The notes below the pieces were generated by a model that was not told the DNA's origin, did not search any database, and saw only the letters and a list, made by a program, of their open reading frames with translations. 64,000 bases of DNA from Bythopirellula sp. (GTDB lineage Bacteria; Planctomycetota; Planctomycetia; Pirellulales; Lacipirellulaceae): contig OZ244170.1 of assembly GCA_965216565.1 (NCBI GenBank), forward strand, positions 1,216,001 through 1,280,000. Reading direction: 5' to 3'. Positions 30,479 to 40,476 of the stretch are shown here, piece by piece. How positions within the stretch are numbered: the stretch's first letter is position 1; every line of letters starts with the position of its first letter. Made by a program: the position numbers and the translations under genes.

Positions 30479-31798
30479 ATGTTTCTTCAAGCTTTTCGTA
30501 CGGCAACCATTCTAGCCGTGGCTGTCATCGCCACGATCCTTGCCAGTTCTGCAGTTCAGGCGGCTGTCACGTTTGATTGGGCTACCATTGGGGACCCCAA
30601 CAACGCTGCCGATACGCTAGTGATGAACAAAGGTCCTTGCACCAATGGCGCTTCGATAAGCTGCACGGGTGATGGCTCGACTGGATATGGCTCGGTCGGA
30701 TATACGTACCGGATTGCCAAGCATCACGTGACCATGTCTCAATACACGGAGTTTCTGAACACGGTGGACCCAACCGGGTCGAATTCTCTGGAACTCTACG
30801 ACGATCGAATGGAACAAAGGGTGCATCCCGTCTCTTTCTTGCCAATTCCGGCGGAGACTGGTGGTATCGATTTCGATCCGAATGCTTCTCAGGGTGCTAA
30901 ATATACAACGAAGAGTGGCCAGGAAAACTATCCTGCGACCTGGGTCAGTTGGGTTAGTGCGGCTCGGTTTGTCAACTGGCTGAGCAATGGCCAAGGCGCT
31001 GGCGATACCGAAAGCGGAGTCTACAATAGCCTGCCAACAACAGCGTCTGACCCTGTCCCAAGTAGAGACCCTGGGGCGCAGTTCTTTTTGCCGAGCGATG
31101 ATGAGTTCTACAAAGCTGCCTATTACAATCCAACGCTGAACGGCGGCACGGGTGGGTACACAGAATACGGTACCGGCAATAGTCCCCCGACGATTGGCGA
31201 CCCTAATTCAACGCCAGGTGGTGCCAACTATGCCCAAACTGATGGGGTGGATGGCCACAGTGGCGATACCTATTGGCAGAATAACTTTAGTAGCTACAAC
31301 AGCAATCTAGACCACCTTACGGAAGTGGGGGCGTATTCCAACGCGACCAGTCACTATGGGTTATTCGACGTAGATGGGACGGCTTACCAATGGATGGAGA
31401 CCACCCGTCAGAATCAGTTTGGTTCTCAAGATTTACCGATCTACCGCGGCGGCTCCTGGTGGCATGCGTCCGACGGCAATGGTGCAGCCTTCCGCAATAC
31501 TCAATTCTTTGCGACTGGATCTTCAAGCCTGTCCAGCAATTACCATAGTTTTAGAATTGCCTCCTTAGTCCCAGCACTGGCAGGGGACTTCGATATGGAT
31601 GGCGATGTCGATGGCCTGGATTTCCTTGATTGGCAGATAAACAATCGGACGCAGTCTGAACTCATGGATTGGGAAGCGAATTACGGCATGACCCTCCAGA
31701 CTGCTGCGGTAAGTGCTGTTCCTGAGCCCACCGGTCTTGTCCTGCTAGCCACCAGCTTCGCCATGCTTTGTCTTTCCCGACGGCAAAGATGTGCATGA
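30479..31798 (+). CDS. FGE-sulfatase (SUMF1-like) domain protein with dockerin-like module and PEP-CTERM
   Basis: Signal peptide, GYGSVGYTYRIAKHHVT, VSWVSAARFVNWL, LPSDDEFYKAAYY, YGLFDVDG..YQW, RGGSW; then GDFDMDGDVDGLDFLDWQ and VPEP. Confidence 0.85.
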   Translation: MFLQAFRTATILAVAVIATILASSAVQAAVTFDWATIGDPNNAADTLVMNKGPCTNGASISCTGDGSTGYGSVGYTYRIAKHHVTMSQYTEFLNTVDPTGSNSLELYDDRMEQRVHPVSFLPIPAETGGIDFDPNASQGAKYTTKSGQENYPATWVSWVSAARFVNWLSNGQGAGDTESGVYNSLPTTASDPVPSRDPGAQFFLPSDDEFYKAAYYNPTLNGGTGGYTEYGTGNSPPTIGDPNSTPGGANYAQTDGVDGHSGDTYWQNNFSSYNSNLDHLTEVGAYSNATSHYGLFDVDGTAYQWMETTRQNQFGSQDLPIYRGGSWWHASDGNGAAFRNTQFFATGSSSLSSNYHSFRIASLVPALAGDFDMDGDVDGLDFLDWQINNRTQSELMDWEANYGMTLQTAAVSAVPEPTGLVLLATSFAMLCLSRRQRCA

Positions 31799-32708
31799 AA
31801 TCGCTGATCGGTCCACGTCACCCTTCACATACCTGGGTCTGGCCGTGGGCGTATTCTCGGTGTCTACCGGCGCGATCTTCATCCGGTTCGCTCAGGAAGA
31901 AGCCCCCTCGCTGACAATCGCAGCGTACCGGCTAGGCATAGCCTCCTTCGTGTTCGCGGTGCCGACGCTGTTGTTCTTGCGAAGTGAGCTGTTGAGGCTC
32001 ACGGCTCGCGACTGGTGGCTTGCAGGGATGTCTGGGTTGTTCTTGGCCATGCACTTTGCCACCTGGATCTACTCTTTGAGTTTTACCTCGGTTGCCATCA
32101 GCGTGGTGATGGTGAACACCGCTCCGCTGTGGGTGGCTCTCTTCACTCCTATGGTAACCTCGGATCGAATCTCCGGGCCCATGGCAGTGGCTGTGGGGTG
32201 TTCGGTTCTGGGGGCGGCCGTGATTGGTTTTGGCCTCCTCGATCAATCCAGCACCTCCAACAATCTGCTGGGAATTGTATTGGCGACGATGGGTGGAATC
32301 GGATTGGCCGGCTACCTGCTTTTTGGGAGAGAACTGCGTAGCAGACACTCGCTGTGTGTGTACGTAACGGTCTGCTACGGAACGGCCGCTGTCCTGACGT
32401 GGGCACTCGTCCTTCTGACGGGGCAAAAGGTTACGGGCTTTACCGCAGGGACGTGGAGTGCATTGCTAGGAGTGGCACTCATCAGCCAAGTCTTAGGACA
32501 CTCATTGAACAATTGGGCTCTTCGGTTTCTTAGCAGTTCCGTCGTTGCGGTGGCCCTATTGGGCGAACCGGTGCTCTCTTCAATATTTGCCTTCTTTCTA
32601 TTTGATGAGGCGATCTCCTTCGTTCAAGTATTTGGAGCAGCGTTGGTACTGATCGGGATCTATCTCGCCACACGGACAAGATCTTGGGCACCCGAGAACC
32701 GGCTCTAA
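31791..32708 (+). CDS. EamA/DMT family transporter
   Basis: About 10 TM segments, AAYRL, HFATWIYSL..TSVA, LGHSLNNWAL, LGEPV. Confidence 0.9.
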   Translation: MHEIADRSTSPFTYLGLAVGVFSVSTGAIFIRFAQEEAPSLTIAAYRLGIASFVFAVPTLLFLRSELLRLTARDWWLAGMSGLFLAMHFATWIYSLSFTSVAISVVMVNTAPLWVALFTPMVTSDRISGPMAVAVGCSVLGAAVIGFGLLDQSSTSNNLLGIVLATMGGIGLAGYLLFGRELRSRHSLCVYVTVCYGTAAVLTWALVLLTGQKVTGFTAGTWSALLGVALISQVLGHSLNNWALRFLSSSVVAVALLGEPVLSSIFAFFLFDEAISFVQVFGAALVLIGIYLATRTRSWAPENRL

Positions 32709-33508
32709 GTGATTCTTTTTCAGCTGATGACTCAGAGTCTCTAGAAGCCGACGGAGCCGTAGAGGTTCCTCTAGTTTGTCCTCTTAAGAGCCATCACTGT
32801 CTCTCAATACCTATCAGGAGCTATTTGTCCCAACTAGTTGCTCAAAGGAGTTGGTGTGATACAGTTGGCATCAATCTTACAGCTAGGGGGTGTCTTCACA
32901 CATGCAACTGTATAGGATTCTCTTGGTTGCAAGTCTACAAACTGTTTGATGAATATCTCTCTTAAGCTGTAAGGTGCTTGTTTAGTTTTGTTAGCCTAAT
33001 GGTTGCTAACCCAAAGTGTGGTCATCGCCTTGGCGAATCGGAAGCGTTTGCAACTGCTTTCCGTCAGCTTTAAAGGTGGCGGTGTGCGAAAGCATGGGGA
33101 GATTGTGTTTGAGCTTTGGGACAACTTCCGAGAAATCATTATAAATCGCGTGACGACGATCAATGTTTCTCACCGCGTCGAGTGTAAAGTGAGGGTGGCG
33201 TTGGCTAACCTCGCTATGTTCCCCTAAGGCCGCTATTTCCAAATCGATTGTAGACCATGCATTCTTTTCTCGTGTTCGATGAGATCTTCATCGGGGACGA
33301 CTCTTTTTTCTCGAAGAGGCTAGTTTTGAGCACAATCTGGAGCCTTAAGTGGACGGAAGGAGAACGATGCTTGCAATATTTTTATATATCATTTAATATA
33401 TGGGCTCGTGCTGTGATTATCAGACTATTTTCGTTGCACTATGCATTTATTCCACGCTGCAGACAAAAAGATCACATTCCGGATGGCTGGCCTTAGGGAA
33501 TTGATTTC

Positions 33509-34585
33509 ATGAAAAGAGTAAGGTGGGCCGTATTGGGAGCGGGGGGTATCGCACGTCGAAGAACCATTCCCGAGGGTATTCTCCCAGCCAGAAACGCTGA
33601 GTTGGTTGCTGTTTATTCGCCGCGGAGTGGTGAGGAAGTAGGAGGGCAGTTCGAAGTTCCCGCCGCATCATCGGAAGAACATCTTTTCGAGTTCAACTTC
33701 GACGCAGTCTATGTGGCGAGTCCAGTTGACTGTCACCTTGGCCAAGTTGTGATGGCTTCAAGCGCGCGTAGGCACGTTCTATGCGAAAAGCCACTAGCGT
33801 TGTCCGTAGACGAGTCGCAGCTTATGGAGGATTCATGCGTGAGCAATGGCGTCATCTTGGGAGTAGGGTTTATGATGCGATATCATCCGCTGCACTGCGA
33901 GGCCGCTCGGATAATCCAACGTGGAGAGATTGGTCGCATCATAAGTGCTCGAGCTCAGTTCTCATGCTGGTATCCTCCAAACAGGCTTGCATGGCGTCAA
34001 GTTAAGAGTCGAAGCGGAGGCGGCCCCCTTCCTGACATTGCGACCCATTGTTTTGATCTATTAGAAATGATTCTAGGCCAGCAAATCGTAGAAGTGTTTT
34101 GTGTGGCACGCAACCAGTGCTTTCGCTATGAAGTTGAGGACACCGCAATCGTTACTCTCAGCTTGGATGGAGGAGCAGTTGCTACCGTTGATTGTTCTTT
34201 CGCCCGACCTGACAACGCATCGCAGAATCGTCTGGAGGTCTATGGTTCCCAGGGTGCGGTCATCTTGGAGGATACCTTAGGTCAAGAATCGATTGGATCG
34301 CTCCGCTGGCTACCATCCCCGACGGACGAAAACCCTCTTAGTGGTGCTAGAGAATATGAGAAACTGTCGTCTACAGCTGCACAGAGAGAGGTCGTCAACA
34401 TGTATCAAGCGGAAATCGAAGCATTCGGCGATGCAATACTCCACGGTAGTGATATATCAATTACCGGACGGCAGGGTGTTCACATTCAACAAGTCCTTGC
34501 CGCGTGCTATCAATCCGCACGTGAGAGTTGTATGGTTGCGACAAGCTCTTGTAGCACCGGATCAGCTTCGAATTCCGTTTACTAG
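33509..34585 (+). CDS. Gfo/Idh/MocA family oxidoreductase
   Basis: LGAGGIA, VYVASP, VLCEKP, SGGGPLPDIATH. Confidence 0.9.
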   Translation: MKRVRWAVLGAGGIARRRTIPEGILPARNAELVAVYSPRSGEEVGGQFEVPAASSEEHLFEFNFDAVYVASPVDCHLGQVVMASSARRHVLCEKPLALSVDESQLMEDSCVSNGVILGVGFMMRYHPLHCEAARIIQRGEIGRIISARAQFSCWYPPNRLAWRQVKSRSGGGPLPDIATHCFDLLEMILGQQIVEVFCVARNQCFRYEVEDTAIVTLSLDGGAVATVDCSFARPDNASQNRLEVYGSQGAVILEDTLGQESIGSLRWLPSPTDENPLSGAREYEKLSSTAAQREVVNMYQAEIEAFGDAILHGSDISITGRQGVHIQQVLAACYQSARESCMVATSSCSTGSASNSVY

Positions 34586-34617
34586 TTCACCTGTTTTGTC
34601 TTTAGAAAGGTTAGCCT

Positions 34618-36549
34618 TTGTCCTTCGTACAGCTGAACCAATTGCTGGTGGGTAATGCCGTTCAGTTGCAGGCAGTCGACTGGACGATAATCGCGATTTT
34701 CTTCCTAATCGTGATCTCGATTGGCTTTGTCGCCTCTAAGACGGCGAGCACAAGTTCCTCTGAGTTTTTCTTGGGGGGGCGGGGGATGCCCTGGTGGTTG
34801 TTGGGCATCTCGATGGTGGCGTGTACATTTGCCGCTGATACGCCAAATCTCGTTACCGAAATGGTCCGCAAAGATGGCGTCTCCAAGAATTGGGCCTGGT
34901 GGGCATTCTTGATTACCGGCATGGTGACGGTATTTATCTATGCAAAGCTCTGGCGGCGCAGTGAAGTGACGACAGATTTGGAGTTTTACGAACTTCGCTA
35001 CAGTGGGAAACCGGCTTCGTTCTTACGCGGATTTCGATCTATCTATCTTGGAGTGTTTTTCAATGTGCTGATCATGGCAACCGTCACATTGGCAATCATC
35101 AAGTATGGCTCATTGTTGTTTGGCGCCGAGAAGTGGGAGTGTGTCCTCTATGGCTCGCTCGGGGTAGTCATCTACGCCACCCTGGGCGGACTGAAAGCGT
35201 GCATTTGGGCTGACTTTTTTCAGTATAGTGTAGCGATGTTTGGTGCGGTGTATGCCGCGATCTTTGCTGTCACAGAGGCAGGCAGATCAGCCGCTTCCAA
35301 GGCAATCGAATTGGGCACGCTAACGTCAGATCAGGCCGCTGATTTTGTGCGTGACTACTCGATGAGTGACCTGCTGCAGGAAGCAGATGTTGCCTCGAAA
35401 ATCAGTATTTTTCCAGACTTTTCTGATCCCAGCCAGTGGGTTCCCCTCCTGTTGATACCGATCGCGGTGCAATGGTGGTCTGTGTGGTATCCCGGTGCTG
35501 AGCCTGGAGGTGGTGGATACATCGCTCAAAGAATGCTCGCTGCAAAAGATGAACAGAACGCTATCGGTGCAACTCTCCTTTTCAATTTTGCCCACTACGC
35601 TCTGCGGCCTTGGCCTTGGATTGTTGTGGCATTGGCTTCTCTGGTTTGTTTCCCAGAGGTCGCGGACATGAAAGCAGCATTCCCACACCTTAGCGAGAGC
35701 GTGCTCGCCCACGACATCGCTTATCCGGCCATGATCTCGAAACTGGGACCCGGATTTCTTGGCGTCGTCATGGCATCGATCATTGCGGCCTATATGTCAA
35801 CAATCGGTACGCACCTCAACTGGGGGTCTTCCTACGTGGTGAACGATTTCTATAAGCGTTTTGTTCGGCCCGAAGCATCTGAAAGAGATTTAGTCAGAAT
35901 GGGTCGCATCTGTACTATTGTTCTCATGCTGTTCGCGGGAGGGCTTTCACTAGTCTTAACAAGCGCGAAGCAAGCGTTCGACATTTTATTGTTGTCGGGG
36001 GCTGGGTCTGGGGCGATCTATTTGTTGCGGTGGTTTTGGTGGCGGATCAATGCGTGGTCAGAGATTCTCGCGATGGCTATCTCAGCAGCGCTTGCTTTTA
36101 CACTCGTGTTGTATGTAAGCGACGAATCTATGGCGCGGGGACCTGTCGACGGTTTTACGATGAAGCTGATGGTCTCTGTTGCAATCACATCGGTGGTTTG
36201 GTTAGCCGGCACTTTTCTCACTCAGCCTGAAGATACAGAAACGCTGCGTCGCTTCTTTCGCAAGTGTCGTCCTGGTGGGCCTGGCTGGGCGAAAGTCGTT
36301 GCGACTGCTCGAGCAGAGGGAGACTACATCGATGACACAATCCACGGCCAAGCCTGGGAAATGCCAGTGCAGTTGCTTTGTGTGTTCCTCGGTTGCATCG
36401 CAATTTACAGTGCCCTCTTCACGATAGGTGGCATTCTCTATGGCCATTGGGTTCAGGTTTCCATCTTGGGGATTATTGCGTTGGTGAGTACTGGTTTTTT
36501 GTTCAAACTGTTTGGTCGGCTTAGAGTGGATCGAACTTCAAACGAGTAG
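34618..36549 (+). CDS. Sodium:solute symporter (SSS) family protein
   Basis: FFLGGRGMPWW, TFAADTP, EPGGGGYIAQRMLAAK, AAYMST, many TM segments. Exact start uncertain. Confidence 0.9.
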   Translation: MSFVQLNQLLVGNAVQLQAVDWTIIAIFFLIVISIGFVASKTASTSSSEFFLGGRGMPWWLLGISMVACTFAADTPNLVTEMVRKDGVSKNWAWWAFLITGMVTVFIYAKLWRRSEVTTDLEFYELRYSGKPASFLRGFRSIYLGVFFNVLIMATVTLAIIKYGSLLFGAEKWECVLYGSLGVVIYATLGGLKACIWADFFQYSVAMFGAVYAAIFAVTEAGRSAASKAIELGTLTSDQAADFVRDYSMSDLLQEADVASKISIFPDFSDPSQWVPLLLIPIAVQWWSVWYPGAEPGGGGYIAQRMLAAKDEQNAIGATLLFNFAHYALRPWPWIVVALASLVCFPEVADMKAAFPHLSESVLAHDIAYPAMISKLGPGFLGVVMASIIAAYMSTIGTHLNWGSSYVVNDFYKRFVRPEASERDLVRMGRICTIVLMLFAGGLSLVLTSAKQAFDILLLSGAGSGAIYLLRWFWWRINAWSEILAMAISAALAFTLVLYVSDESMARGPVDGFTMKLMVSVAITSVVWLAGTFLTQPEDTETLRRFFRKCRPGGPGWAKVVATARAEGDYIDDTIHGQAWEMPVQLLCVFLGCIAIYSALFTIGGILYGHWVQVSILGIIALVSTGFLFKLFGRLRVDRTSNE

Positions 36550-36561
36550 GGACTATCAGTC

Positions 36562-37677
36562 ATGCGGACTTTCCTGAGCATCTTCACCTTGGCACTTGCG
36601 CTCCATTTCACACTTGTTAGCGGCAATGCGGCAACTGGGTCCGATTCAAATAACAAAGTGTTCATTGGCTATGTTTCGGGCATGGCAAAAGATATTAATT
36701 ACAAATTGTATACGCATCTCTGCCATGCCTTTGTTGTGGCTGAGAAGGATGGGACGCTTCTGCCACGAGAAAACGTTCCCAACCATGTGCTCTTACGCGA
36801 CGCCCACAAAGCAGGTGTGAAAGTTTTGCTTTCTCTTGGCGGTTGGGGATGGGACGAGAATTTTTCCGCCATGTCACTCGACTTGGCAGCAGAAGATCGA
36901 TACGTGGCCTCGGTAATGGCTATTATTGAAGAATACGACTATGACGGAATCGATTTGGATTGGGAGTATCCCGATACCAACATTGAAATTGTGGGCTTTG
37001 AACGCTTATCTAAGAAGTTTCGTAATTTGCTTGACGCCTTAGGTCGGAAAAAGAAGCGTCCCATGTTGCTTACTATGGCAACCGCCGCGCACCCGACGAC
37101 TCTGGATTGGCTGAGTAACGAGTTCTTGTTGGAGAACATGGATTGGATCAATGTCATGACCTACGATTATTGTGGCAGTTGGTCGACTTTCGCCGGGCAC
37201 CATTCGCCGCTGTTTGCGTCTACAAAGCTCACTGAGAAAGAAGTGCTTTCGACAAAATTGACGATCGACTATCTCATTAAGAATCGCGAGTTTCCAGCAG
37301 ATCGCATCGCACTTGGGCTGCCTCTTTATGGTCGGGGTTTTGCTGTTTCTGAGCCCTACGTCGCCACAACTGGAGCTCCGAAACCATCCAACGATTCGGC
37401 CAATTACAAGCAGATCCCGGATCTAATTCGCAAAGAGAAATGGGTTCGTCACTGGGACGACGAAACCAAGACCCCTTGGCTCGTTTCACCGGATAGCGGA
37501 GACATTATCGGCTACGATGATGCCAAATCGATTTCCATTAAGACCCAATGGGCCATAGACCGAGATTTGCGTGGAGTATTTTTTTGGCAAATCGATGGCG
37601 ACCGTTTGAGAGATGGCAGCAATCCGCTCCAAGAAGCGGCACATAAAACTATTTATGAGAAACGTCCAGGTTCATGA
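36562..37677 (+). CDS. GH18 chitinase-like glycoside hydrolase, secreted
   Basis: Signal peptide, SLGGW, complete DGIDLDWEYP catalytic motif, VMTYD, LGLPLYGR, GVFFW. Confidence 0.92.
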   Translation: MRTFLSIFTLALALHFTLVSGNAATGSDSNNKVFIGYVSGMAKDINYKLYTHLCHAFVVAEKDGTLLPRENVPNHVLLRDAHKAGVKVLLSLGGWGWDENFSAMSLDLAAEDRYVASVMAIIEEYDYDGIDLDWEYPDTNIEIVGFERLSKKFRNLLDALGRKKKRPMLLTMATAAHPTTLDWLSNEFLLENMDWINVMTYDYCGSWSTFAGHHSPLFASTKLTEKEVLSTKLTIDYLIKNREFPADRIALGLPLYGRGFAVSEPYVATTGAPKPSNDSANYKQIPDLIRKEKWVRHWDDETKTPWLVSPDSGDIIGYDDAKSISIKTQWAIDRDLRGVFFWQIDGDRLRDGSNPLQEAAHKTIYEKRPGS

Positions 37678-38870
37678 ACACATCAACTGTTGATCACCAA
37701 ACAAATGTGGCCGACCCGTCACTAGGCACGAACCGCATCGAGCGCATCTTGATTACCGAGGTTATTGTGCCGGCCCGAAGTGGAGCGGTGAATAGCAATG
37801 GAATCAACGAGCCGCTTCATAAACTGCCTGTTGCTGGCGAACCCGCGTGGAATAAACAGTTCGACGAATTGCCGAAAGCAATTATAGAGGTATTCTGTGA
37901 GGATGGGACGGTTGGGCTTGGTGAATTCTACCGGGACCACGATTGGCGGATTCTAGACAACGTAGCGGAAACACTGGTTGGGCAGTCCCTTGCCGATCTT
38001 CCCAGGGCTGGTTTGCCCATTGCCCATTGTCGTGAGTACGACGGATTTGAATGTGCCATCTGGGATGCATTTGCTAAGGTTCACCACTTAAAACTGGTAG
38101 ACCTTCTTGGAGGAAAGGTTCGCGACCAAGTTGTGGTTAGCGCCTGGTCAGGCCATCGTACGGTAGACGACATTCAGCCTGTCGTCGAACAGTTTGATTC
38201 ACAAGGATACAACTGTGTAAAGTTCAAGTGTTCTTTGGAGGACGATGTCGTCGGGTGGTGCCGAAGTATTGCGGATCATGCCCCCGGTATGCAGGTGATT
38301 CTGGATCCCAATGAACGTTGGGAGCGTCCTACCGAGGTAAGAAAAAGAATCGATCAGTTGAGCGAGGTCGGCAATCTGCTCTGCTTGGAAGACCCTCTTC
38401 CACGTTGGATGCTTCACGCGTACTCACAGTTGAAGAATTACTCGAGCGTATCGATAGTGTTGCACGTCTCGCTGCCTTACATTCATCACGGACAGCGCAT
38501 TCACGATGCAATTGCAGCGCTTCAGCTTTCGGCTGTAGACGGTTTTAATTTCAATGGAGGACTGGCCGCGTTTCAGAAACTCGATCATGTGGCCGCGGCT
38601 GCCAATCTCCCCTGCTGGCATGGGTCGGAAATTGATTTAGGCATCCTGGAGGCTATGTATTTGCATCAGTGTGCCGCAGCAGAGAGTTGCCTCTGGCCTT
38701 CGGATATCTTCGGCCGATTGATACGCGAGCACGACTTGCTGACAAAGCCGCTCGACATCCAGCCTCCATACGCCCAATTGCCAAAGGGCCACGGCTTGGG
38801 TGTCGAAATCTGCCGCGAGGCTCTGCAACACTATCAAACCCAAGTGCGTGAGTATCGAATCAGCAAATAG
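37674..38870 (+). CDS. Enolase superfamily (mandelate racemase/muconate lactonizing) enzyme, probable acid-sugar dehydratase
   Basis: G..GLGE, AIWDAFAK, LLGGKVRD, KFK, LDPNE, EDP, P.GHGLGVE. Confidence 0.85.
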   Translation: MNTSTVDHQTNVADPSLGTNRIERILITEVIVPARSGAVNSNGINEPLHKLPVAGEPAWNKQFDELPKAIIEVFCEDGTVGLGEFYRDHDWRILDNVAETLVGQSLADLPRAGLPIAHCREYDGFECAIWDAFAKVHHLKLVDLLGGKVRDQVVVSAWSGHRTVDDIQPVVEQFDSQGYNCVKFKCSLEDDVVGWCRSIADHAPGMQVILDPNERWERPTEVRKRIDQLSEVGNLLCLEDPLPRWMLHAYSQLKNYSSVSIVLHVSLPYIHHGQRIHDAIAALQLSAVDGFNFNGGLAAFQKLDHVAAAANLPCWHGSEIDLGILEAMYLHQCAAAESCLWPSDIFGRLIREHDLLTKPLDIQPPYAQLPKGHGLGVEICREALQHYQTQVREYRISK

Positions 38871-38899
38871 TCTGCCAGCCAACTATTGATAAGAAAAAC

Positions 38900-39295
38900 A
38901 TGTCGAATTCTTTCAAGCAAGTTCCAGAAGGTGCAGCTCAACATCGAAATGCGGGACCGTATTCGCCCGTGTTAGAGGTTCGAGCAGAGAATCTGGTCGT
39001 GATTTCCGGACAGGTGGCAGTAAACCCAGATGGGGAGGTTGTCTCCGATTTGCTTGAAGAGCAAGCAAGATATACCTTGGAAAACTGCCAACGACAGTTG
39101 AAAACGGCAGGATGCTCGTTTGCCGATGTATTCAAAGTAAATGCGTATCTGGTGGACTTGGAACACTGGCCTCGTTTTAATGCAGTCTATGAATCGTACT
39201 TTCCAGAACCTCGTCCTGTTCGCACTGCTATTGGAGCTGCGCTCTTGCCAGGTTTTCTCGTAGAACTAGAAATGTGGGCAACGAAACCGGCATGA
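38900..39295 (+). CDS. RidA/YjgF family imine deaminase
   Basis: GPYSP, ISGQV, FNAVYESYF..PRPVRTA (active-site Arg), LVELEMWA. Confidence 0.9.
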   Translation: MSNSFKQVPEGAAQHRNAGPYSPVLEVRAENLVVISGQVAVNPDGEVVSDLLEEQARYTLENCQRQLKTAGCSFADVFKVNAYLVDLEHWPRFNAVYESYFPEPRPVRTAIGAALLPGFLVELEMWATKPA

Positions 39296-40050
39296 TTTGG
39301 CAGGAACTTAATAGTACCGACTTTGCTCGCATAGATAGTCGCACGCCGGTTATTCTGCCAATCACTGCCGTCGAGCAACATGGCCCTCATCTGCCAGTAG
39401 CAACAGATCGCTTGATTGCAGAGCATTTTTCAATGCTGTTACACGAGAAAAATGAAAATGGTGTTTTAATTTTGCCGACGGTTAGCGTTGGTTACTCCGA
39501 GCATCACATGGACTTTGCGGGCAGCATGACGCTGCGACACGAAACGCTCATCGATGTTGCTGAGCAGTATTTGGAATCCGTCGTCCGTCACGGATTTCGG
39601 AACTTTATCGTGCTCAATTCGCATGGTGGGAATCAAGGAGCCTGTCAGGTTTTGCTCGAACGATTTGGCGCTGCGCGTCCTAATTGCCGGGTAGTTGTCG
39701 CAACATGGTGGAATGTGGTGGCTGATCGACTTCTGGGGCTCAATGAAAGCGGACCAGGAGGCATCGGTCATGCCGGTGAGTTTGAGACCTCACTCATGCT
39801 AAACATAGCACCGCACCTTGTGAGAATGGAGGCAGCCCAGCCACGGGCAAACGTGCCAACTTACCCTTGGGCAGAGGGAGACTTAATTCGTGCTCCACGA
39901 GCAAAGCTTTATCAAACGATGAAAGAAATGACACCCAATGGAGCATTCGGCGATGTTTCCAATGCTTCTGCCGAGAAGGGGAAGCAAATTGCAGCCATCG
40001 TTACCGAAGCACTGAGTAAGATTGTGATTGACCTCGCATCGAAAGCATAA
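39292..40050 (+). CDS. Creatininase family amidohydrolase
   Basis: EQHGPHLPVATD, SEHH, NSHGGN, HAGEFETS. ATGA overlap with ridA. Confidence 0.9.
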   Translation: MIWQELNSTDFARIDSRTPVILPITAVEQHGPHLPVATDRLIAEHFSMLLHEKNENGVLILPTVSVGYSEHHMDFAGSMTLRHETLIDVAEQYLESVVRHGFRNFIVLNSHGGNQGACQVLLERFGAARPNCRVVVATWWNVVADRLLGLNESGPGGIGHAGEFETSLMLNIAPHLVRMEAAQPRANVPTYPWAEGDLIRAPRAKLYQTMKEMTPNGAFGDVSNASAEKGKQIAAIVTEALSKIVIDLASKA

Positions 40051-40125
40051 GAGGTGTGTCGATGAACGTGGACTTTCTTGCAGGCATTTTGGAAGTCTTA
40101 GGATTCTGCAAATCAAATTGAGGAA

Positions 40126-40476
40126 TTGAGTTTCCGAATGGCACTTTCCCAACGAAGCACTAATGGGGAATCGCTCGATTCCACTCCACCGCCCGATATT
40201 GTGTGGATACACAGTCGTCGTGAGGCGTTGATGATTCTTGTGGCAGTCGCGGTTTTTCTATCGTGGACAGTTGGCACATCGTATTACCAGGGCTACGGGG
40301 AAAACGCCGCTACTGATCTTGTCTTGGGAATTCCCGCATGGGTGTTCTGGGGAATCGCGGTTCCTTGGGCAACGGCCGTCGTTGTCTCAATTGTATTTGC
40401 GGTGTGGTTGATCGCAGATGATCCACTAGAAATGGAGAACCCTAAAAACATCGACGAGGACTCCATCGATGTCTGA
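40126..40476 (+). CDS. Small 2-TM membrane protein (YhdT/DUF997-like partner of SSS transporter)
   Basis: RREA..., two TM helices, GIPAWVFWG. Overlaps the start of the following SSS gene. Confidence 0.7.
   Translation: MSFRMALSQRSTNGESLDSTPPPDIVWIHSRREALMILVAVAVFLSWTVGTSYYQGYGENAATDLVLGIPAWVFWGIAVPWATAVVVSIVFAVWLIADDPLEMENPKNIDEDSIDV

Noticed and set aside
32709..33508. Short ORFs, including a minus-strand MVYNRFGNSGLR stretch resembling an aldo/keto reductase start
   Set aside because: Too short and immediately interrupted by stops; cannot be distinguished from chance.
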